Assembly: GCA_001179505.1 (NCBI GenBank)
Contig: CDMY01000500.1
Location: 1 to 64,000, forward strand
Reading direction: 5' to 3'
Length of the DNA stretch: 64,000 bases
DNA from: Vitrella brassicaformis CCMP3155
Taxonomy: Eukaryota > Protista > Chromerida
Shown: positions 57,895 to 64,000 of the stretch, in pieces
How positions within the stretch are numbered: the first letter of the stretch is position 1
Layout of the letters: each line of letters starts with the position of its first letter
Made by a program: the position numbers and the translations under genes
The notes under the pieces: generated by a model
What the model was told of the DNA's origin: nothing
What the model saw: the letters and a program-made list of their open reading frames with translations, nothing else
Database searches by the model: none

Positions 57895-58327
57895 TTCTGG
57901 TGTTACACTTTCATTCGACGCCTCCCTGTGAGCTCATTGCTTCGCCACTCCAGTTCCTCCTTTCTTGGTCGCTCTTAAGCTCGCAGGCGCGAAGTTCGGC
58001 ACAAATCGTTGTTTCCCAAGGCTCCACGAATCACCTGTGAGTTCGCGAGGTAGTCCCACTTCATCCCCATCCAGATCGACCAAGCTCTTTGTGCCTTTCG
58101 ACATCGTGTGGAGCGAGGCAGTGGAGGGAGCCCTTAGGGCATTCATCGACACGAAGCCTCGCATCGCCCGATGGCGGTAAGGACAGACTTTATCCGAAGG
58201 GTCCAGAACGGACATTTCGAGGTCACATCGATGCGTGTTTCGCGATTAGTCAAGGAGGGCACCAGACGGCGTCCGGAGGGCCTGAGAGTGTCACCCCTTC
58301 GCTCGGTGAGCGAGTCATTGTCTTCCG

Positions 58328-61300
58328 ATGGACCGCTCCGCTTATGGTGTGCCGACCGGGAGCGCACCCGGACTGGACGCTTCTCCCGCAGCCTCCTCGT
58401 CGATGCCAGCAGGGTTCGTCGGCTCTGGTGCCGCATCCCATGCCCCACCAGCCACCGCCGACCAGGCAGCATTCTCGCAGCCCTACAGCTGCCAGCCGTC
58501 CCGCAGCCCCCCGCCGGCCACGCCGCTGCCAGTGAATGAGTTGAGCAAGGCCGTGCCCGACGTGCCGATGCCCGTGCTGGCCAACCTCCTGGGCAGCCTC
58601 TCCCAGGCGGACCTCAAGCGGGTCATCGATGACCCATCGGTGCTGCCGTCGCTCGTGGCCAATGCCAATGCCTCCTGCTGGATGACCCCCCGGCAGCAGG
58701 CAGGATCGGCCAATCCCCCCACCATGGCCTACTCGGGGCCACTCAACTGCCCCTCGCCACACCAATCGCCCGGATGCCCACCTCCAGGCGGGCCGTTTGG
58801 ACCTTGGCCGATGGGCGGCCCTCTGGCTCCTGGGCCAGGCATGCTGGACATGAGTGTCGGTGTTCCGGGTTTTGCGTGCCTGGCGGCGACCAACCCTGAA
58901 ATGCCCAACCCTGGACCATGCCCAAAGTGCGGCGATCAGGTGAGGAAGAAACACACACACAAACACGACGGGGGAATGTGCTTGGGAGGACACAGATATC
59001 TGAGTATTGGGGCTTTGTGGTCGTGTGTTCAGTGGATTCCCTTCAAGAACGACTCCGGTGTGCTGTATCTGTGCCGCTCTGGCGACCGTACGCACCACTA
59101 CCAGTTCCCCTGCTGCGTCCGGTGCGGGGGCGACTGGGCGCTCTCCTACAAGGACGAGAACAGCTACGAGCTGGTGTGTCTGGGCCACGAGCCCAGCGGC
59201 ATCCCCCCCAGCCCCGACCACAACCTCCCCCTCCCCTCCCTCTTCTGCCAAAAGTGCGGGGGCAAGTACAAGGCCGAGTTCAAGGACGACACCTACGTGT
59301 TGCGCTGCCTCGACGACAAGTGGCGCGAGCACGACTGGTGGCGTGAGAACGACCGGTGGTGCAGACGACGCACACACCAGAGGCACAGGAAACTCGCCGG
59401 CGCGCGCAAGTCCAACCGATCTATGACGGAGCCGCACAGCAAGTCCCTGGACCAGATGCTCGGGAGGAGCAAACATCGCGGGAGTCAGCACCATCACCAG
59501 CACCAACACAAGAACGGGGAGCCACAGCCACAGCAGCTGCCGGGCGGGCCGCTGGCCGTCGAGCACCCGCCGCCCGTGCCGTTGTCGTTCGGTTTCAGTG
59601 CGCTCGGCAACCCGGGGGCGCCGCCTGTCCAGATGCCTCCACCAGGACCTGGACCTGGACCAGGTATGTGCACACGAGAGGGAGAAAGGGCACCGATGCG
59701 TTTGCACGTCCTCAAGCATCGCCTTGTGCCGTCCATGTCTGTGTTCAGGGTTCGTTCTGCCCCCTTCCTTCGGAGGCGGCGCCCGCCCCTTCGAGACGCC
59801 GCCCAGCTTCTCGTACGGCGCCCCCGTCGTGGAGCCCCTCTTCTCAGCCCCATACACGCAGCCGTTCCCCCAGCGCCCCTACGCCAGCGGCCCACTCGCC
59901 TCTTTTGACGCATCTCGCAGCGCCTTCGCCGACACCACCAACGCACCACCGCCGAGCAATGCGTTCGGCAGGCGCGCCACCCTACCGGATGTGCCCAGAC
60001 TCCCCCACACATCCGCCCCGCGGTTGATTAGGGAGGAGGGAGATGGCAGAGAAGGGCAGCGGGACCCCTCGGCGTCGCAGCAGCGTGAGGGGACCGATAT
60101 GGGGCCTCCCTCCCTTGCTGACACGCCTCAGCTGGGGATGCTCGGCATGGGCGAGGGTGACGTGGACTCGTTCCCACCGCCCCCTGCATCAGACATGGGC
60201 GACGGCAACCCTCTGGGCGGTCTGCCGGCCCCGGCGATAGACGTTGACTCCGGTTTCGACCTCTCGAGTGCCCGCATTGCTATCGAACACACGCCGTCGA
60301 ACCTCTCCGAGCTGGATTTGTCCATGGCCATGTCGCCCGAGCAAGTGGCGTCATTCTTCGACCCATCCAGAGGACAGTCGTGCGACCCGCCGCGTCAGAC
60401 GACTGACCAGCTGTCGATGGACACCGACCAGCCTGTGGACGCGAGCACAGCGCCCAACCTGCCGGTGCCGGTCAATGTCGTCAAGAAAGAGTTGAAGGGA
60501 GACGAGATGGCCGCTGCTGCGGCTGCGGCTGCTAGTGGTGCTGGGGCGGCAGGGGGGCGGCCGCGTGACTCCGTCTACAACCAGCCCAAGCAGCTGCGCG
60601 TTGTCATGGACCTCACGGCCTACAAGTGGAACATCCAGCGCATCGGGAGCCTTCTTGGCCCGCAGCAGCAGCTGGGGACCATCATCAAGGCCCCCAGCGG
60701 CGACAACATGCGGGTCATGGCCAACACCGCCATCCAGGCGGGCGCCGGGGCCATCTGTGTGTCGTCCAATGCCGATGCAGTCGTTGTGCGGTCCCTCTCT
60801 GACACCACGCGCATCATCCGGGTGCGGCCCGCCTTTGCTGACGAGGTGGCGTGCGCTCTCCCCTATCGCGTGGAGGAGCTGGTGGGCGACCTGGAGAACG
60901 CCCGGGAGCTGAGCCTCATTGCGCAGAGGCACCGTGCGCAGATTCCCGTGCACATCGAGATCGACTCAGGGATAGGGCGGGCGGGGTTCTTTTTGCACCA
61001 GATGGCGGACCTCAAGCAGGTGGCCAACATGGCGGGCCTGCGGGTGGTGGGGCTGGTGACGACCTTCCTGGACAGCGGGGGGCCGAGCAGCAACATGGGC
61101 GACCTGGAGAGGCTGCTACAGGCATTCCACCGGTATGCAGACCACCTCGAGAAGGAGGGGGTCATCCCCCCCAACACGCCACGCTCATGTGGGTCTGTCG
61201 CCACCGATGCCGCGCTTATCCGCCTCTTCGTCAAGGTGGGGAAGGAAGCCAAAGAATGGATCCACACATTGATTCGTTTCTAGTTCACACACCGTGTGTG

Positions 61301-62025
61301 CGCCTCGCCTGTGTGACACATGTGTGTATCATCAGATGAAGATGAGCATCATCCGCATCGGGCGCATCGCCTACGGCCTCAAGGAAGCCGCCGCACTCGA
61401 GCGCGTCCGGGCCGACCCCTCCCTGTCCTGGGCGGCGGAGCTGCGACCCGTCATGAGTGCACTCACCTGGATCGTGTCCATCCGCAAGAGCCCGGCCGCC
61501 GCCACCGCCAGCCAGGCCACTGGAGCCAAGGAGGACACCATCCTGGCGACCGTGCCCGTGGGCTTCGGGCAGGGCTACCCCCGGTCGCTCTCACACCGTG
61601 GTGTGGTGCTGGTCAAGGGCCACCGGTGCCGGCTTGCGGGGGCGGTGTCGATGGACATGACCACCATCGACGTCACGCCCATCGCATCGCAAACCAACGT
61701 GCAGGTGGGCGACGAGGTGGTGCTGTTTGGCGAGAACCTGGCCCTCGACGAGATGGCATCTGGGGGAGGGGCCGTGAGCGCCGAGGTGCTCATGTCGCTG
61801 GCGTGGCTCAACCCGGTCGAGTACATCGGCCAGGGCGACCAGGAGGAGGAGGACGGCCCGCAGCCGACGGTCGTTAAGGTGGAGAGGGACTCGCCCAGGG
61901 GATGGGAGAACAGCGGAGGGGAGGCCGCCGCGTCGTTTCCAGCAGCCAACCAGGGCGACAGGTCCCCCCTGGTGGCGATCGGGCAGCCTGTCGATGGCGA
62001 TACGAGGGGGGCGGGGCAGACATAG
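58328..62025 (+). CDS. Fusion protein: Pro-rich N-terminus, three C3H zinc-ribbon-like repeats, degenerate alanine-racemase (PLP fold III) domain
   Basis: Phase-compatible introns ~58940-59031, 59664-59748 and 61237-61335 join the ORFs. Alr-like motifs: MDLTAYKWNI, IIKA, VHIEIDSGIGRAG, IRIGRIAYG, LRPVMS, ATVPVGFGQGYPRSLS, GAVSMDM, VGDEVVLFG. Confidence 0.8.
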
Positions 62026-62799
62026 CAGCTTAGTCGTAGATTCGTTGCAGCCAGGTATGGCGTGGGTGCTTTGGGGGCAGTGAGTGCGTGAGTCACTTTT
62101 TGCTGCCTGTGGGGCGGGGTGGTGGGTCATTCTCTGCATGGTGAATTGGGGTTGCATACGGTGGGCGTGGTCGGGTGGGCCTTCACAGCACTAAACTAAT
62201 GGAGACCAGACCGGCCGTATTTTTCGGTGTGTATGCGTCGATTGCATTTATCGGATCAGATCGGGTTGTGTTGGTGTGGTTGATTCATTCGTCAAGGCTC
62301 CATGTGATGTGACGGGTCAGGTCAGATGTGTGGGTGTACGTGTCTGTCGAACCAACAGCTTGACTGACAAGGATAAGAGTGTCATCAAGAGGAACCGGAT
62401 GCCGTGTACTCAGCCAGCTCACAACAGCAGTGAATCGGTGACCCAGCCATGCCCTCTAAATGCCAAGTGCTCAGAGTGCAGAGAGCTCACGTGAAAGACC
62501 TCTTATTCCGTCAACGCAGCGGAACACTCAGAGCAGCAGCCGCTACTACAAATTGACCGTCATGGAAAAAGGGACACCCATGCTGCAGGTCACTAGTTGG
62601 CATGTGCGATCACACGACGCGATAAAGAAGGACGTCGGGAAACGGATGGACCATGAAGCCACGCGCACGAATTATCATCATCCCTCGCCGCCGCCCCTCT
62701 TGGAACGATGACTGATGCCATACGGAGAAGGATCAGACACACTCGGCGATGCTCTGGATCAGCAAACACAGGCAGGAAGCGATAGCTGGGTGCACGCCC

Positions 62800-63334
62800 T
62801 TCCCGGTGAGTGAAGGGTTTGGTTGCTTACCCTCTGTTATCTGGCGAGGAGTGTGGTCTGACGGGTTCTGAGAAGAAGCTGCCAATCCACCGAGTAGCAT
62901 CCAACACCACATCTGCACACACACACACACACACAGGCCAGACGGCAGGCACAATGGAAAAGTGCAAGAAACACCGTGAGTGAGGCTCTCTCTTCCCTCA
63001 CTTGGCTCATCTATCTCGACGACGATGGGGTGCTCAGGCGTTCCCCCCTCCCTGCCAAACAGGTCCTTGACGAGGGGGTTGGGGATGATGCCCTGCTGCA
63101 GCGACTCCACCCACAGGCGCACTGATACCTGAACCCCGGCGGCATTCTCCAGTAGCTTCTCTCGAAGACCACGTGTGGGAGAGCTGCGTGAGCCTTGGCG
63201 TATTGGATCGCAGCCACGGTGAAGTCGAACAGCTTGGTGTTGTCCTTGTACGACACCGTGAAGGGACGGACCAAGACGAACTTCTCAAGGTGCCTGCTCT
63301 TCTGCTGAACCTCCACCCACTTGCGGTGCTCCAT
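62800..63334 (-). pseudogene. Frameshifted hypothetical gene fragment
   Basis: MEHRKWVEVQQ...RMPPGFR continues only after a frame change as VRLWVESLQQGIIPNPLVKDLFG; a downstream GT-AG-bounded exon is present. Confidence 0.35.
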
Positions 63335-63429
63335 TGCTTCACTCGTTCTTGGGGGAGATCTGCTTTCCAGCGGCTGATGGGATGAGGGGGTCCAACCCTT
63401 CAGGGTGGGCTAAGCTCGCAACTCAACCG

Positions 63430-63872
63430 CTCTCCTTTGGCCAGGACAATCAGAGGGCCAGTTTTTCTGCGTTTGTCGCTCTCTGCGTCCGTCCAGGGAG
63501 AGATCTTTCCGCAGCTGAGTGCGCACTCACTCCGTTCGCAGACCCCTAGCGATGATGATGGGTCGTTCCGGCATCGTGTTGGTTGGCCTGGCTGCCCTCC
63601 TGCAGCCTCTCCTCGCCCATGGCCGACGTAAGCCGCACCACACTACACCACCAGCACCTCCACACACCGAATGGACCTCACATCGTGGCAGATCTGTCCA
63701 TATTGGTGTGGTTTTCTGCTGTTGTTGCGATATGGCCTTTGGGTAGCTGATCTATGGCTGCAGAGATGTCGGCGGAAGCCGAAACTCTTGGGCAAGGTAG
63801 GCAGACAGCCGATCCATCCATCCATCCATCCATCCATCCATCCATCCATCCGTCGGATGTGTGTGTGTGTGT
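63430..63872 (+). repeat. Copy of the leader module found inverted at 8485-8935
   Basis: See the 8485-8935 alignment. Confidence 0.9.
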
Positions 63873-64000
63873 TTTGTGTGCAGGGGGGGAGATGGCGGCG
63901 TTTCAGCAGCAGATGTCGCTCGTGCAGCTGCAGCTGGACCACGTCGCCAGCAGCATCACCGCCGCCCACAAGATGACGGCCGCCGCCATGGGAGCCATCG
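63552..64000 (+). CDS. Secreted hypothetical protein, 5' part (continues beyond the window)
   Basis: Spliced: MMMGRSGIVLVGLAALLQPLLAHGR|QMSAEAETLGQ|GGEMAAFQQQMSLVQLQLDHVASSITAAHKMTAAAMGAI; signal peptide followed by a helical, possibly coiled-coil segment. Confidence 0.7.

Noticed and set aside
58250-59857. 535-aa antisense ORF overlapping the zinc-finger/Alr gene
   Set aside because: A shadow of GC-rich sense codons with no motif content.
60570-62025. Bacterial contamination as the source of the alr-like sequence
   Set aside because: It contains spliceosomal introns and is continuous with host-style SSR-containing sequence.
1-64000. Many ORF-track entries rich in CVCVCV, HTHTHT, QTDRQTDR, MDGWMDG, LSLSLS
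   Set aside because: These are translations of intronic or intergenic microsatellites, or antisense shadows of real GC-rich exons; they are not genes.
1-64000. tRNA, rRNA, snRNA or intact transposase/RT genes
   Set aside because: No diagnostic motifs seen by eye; tRNAscan-SE, Infernal and RepeatModeler would be needed to exclude them properly.

Overview
Intron-rich eukaryotic genomic DNA. Introns are short GT-AG introns full of (GT)n/(CA)n, (GACA)n and (GGAT)n microsatellites. This style and the lineage-specific gene families suggest the chromerid alga Vitrella brassicaformis (inference). There are three 300-nt N gaps. No rRNA, tRNA, CRISPR array or intact transposase was recognised. Gene models were spliced by eye, so boundaries are approximate. 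Recognisable genes: a Sushi/Cys-rich secreted protein, three members of a lineage-specific family (one frameshifted), a truncated SulP/SLC26 transporter, a YheT/ABHD-type alpha/beta hydrolase, a Cys-type GST (three copies next to gaps), a PH-ankyrin-FYVE protein, transportin-1, eIF4G, a METTL21-like methyltransferase and RNA Pol III subunit RPC17. Top leads: (1) a secreted protein at 33.1-35.2 kb whose poly-tyrosine tail is built from six symmetric 6-33 nt micro-exons that the ORF track misses, each splitting a Tyr codon TA|Y so that intron retention gives an immediate TAG; (2) a 7.3-kb gene fusing ankyrin repeats to a gustatory-receptor-like (GRL/7TM ion channel) domain; (3) a gene fusing three novel C3H zinc-ribbon repeats to an alanine-racemase fold that lacks the catalytic Tyr.
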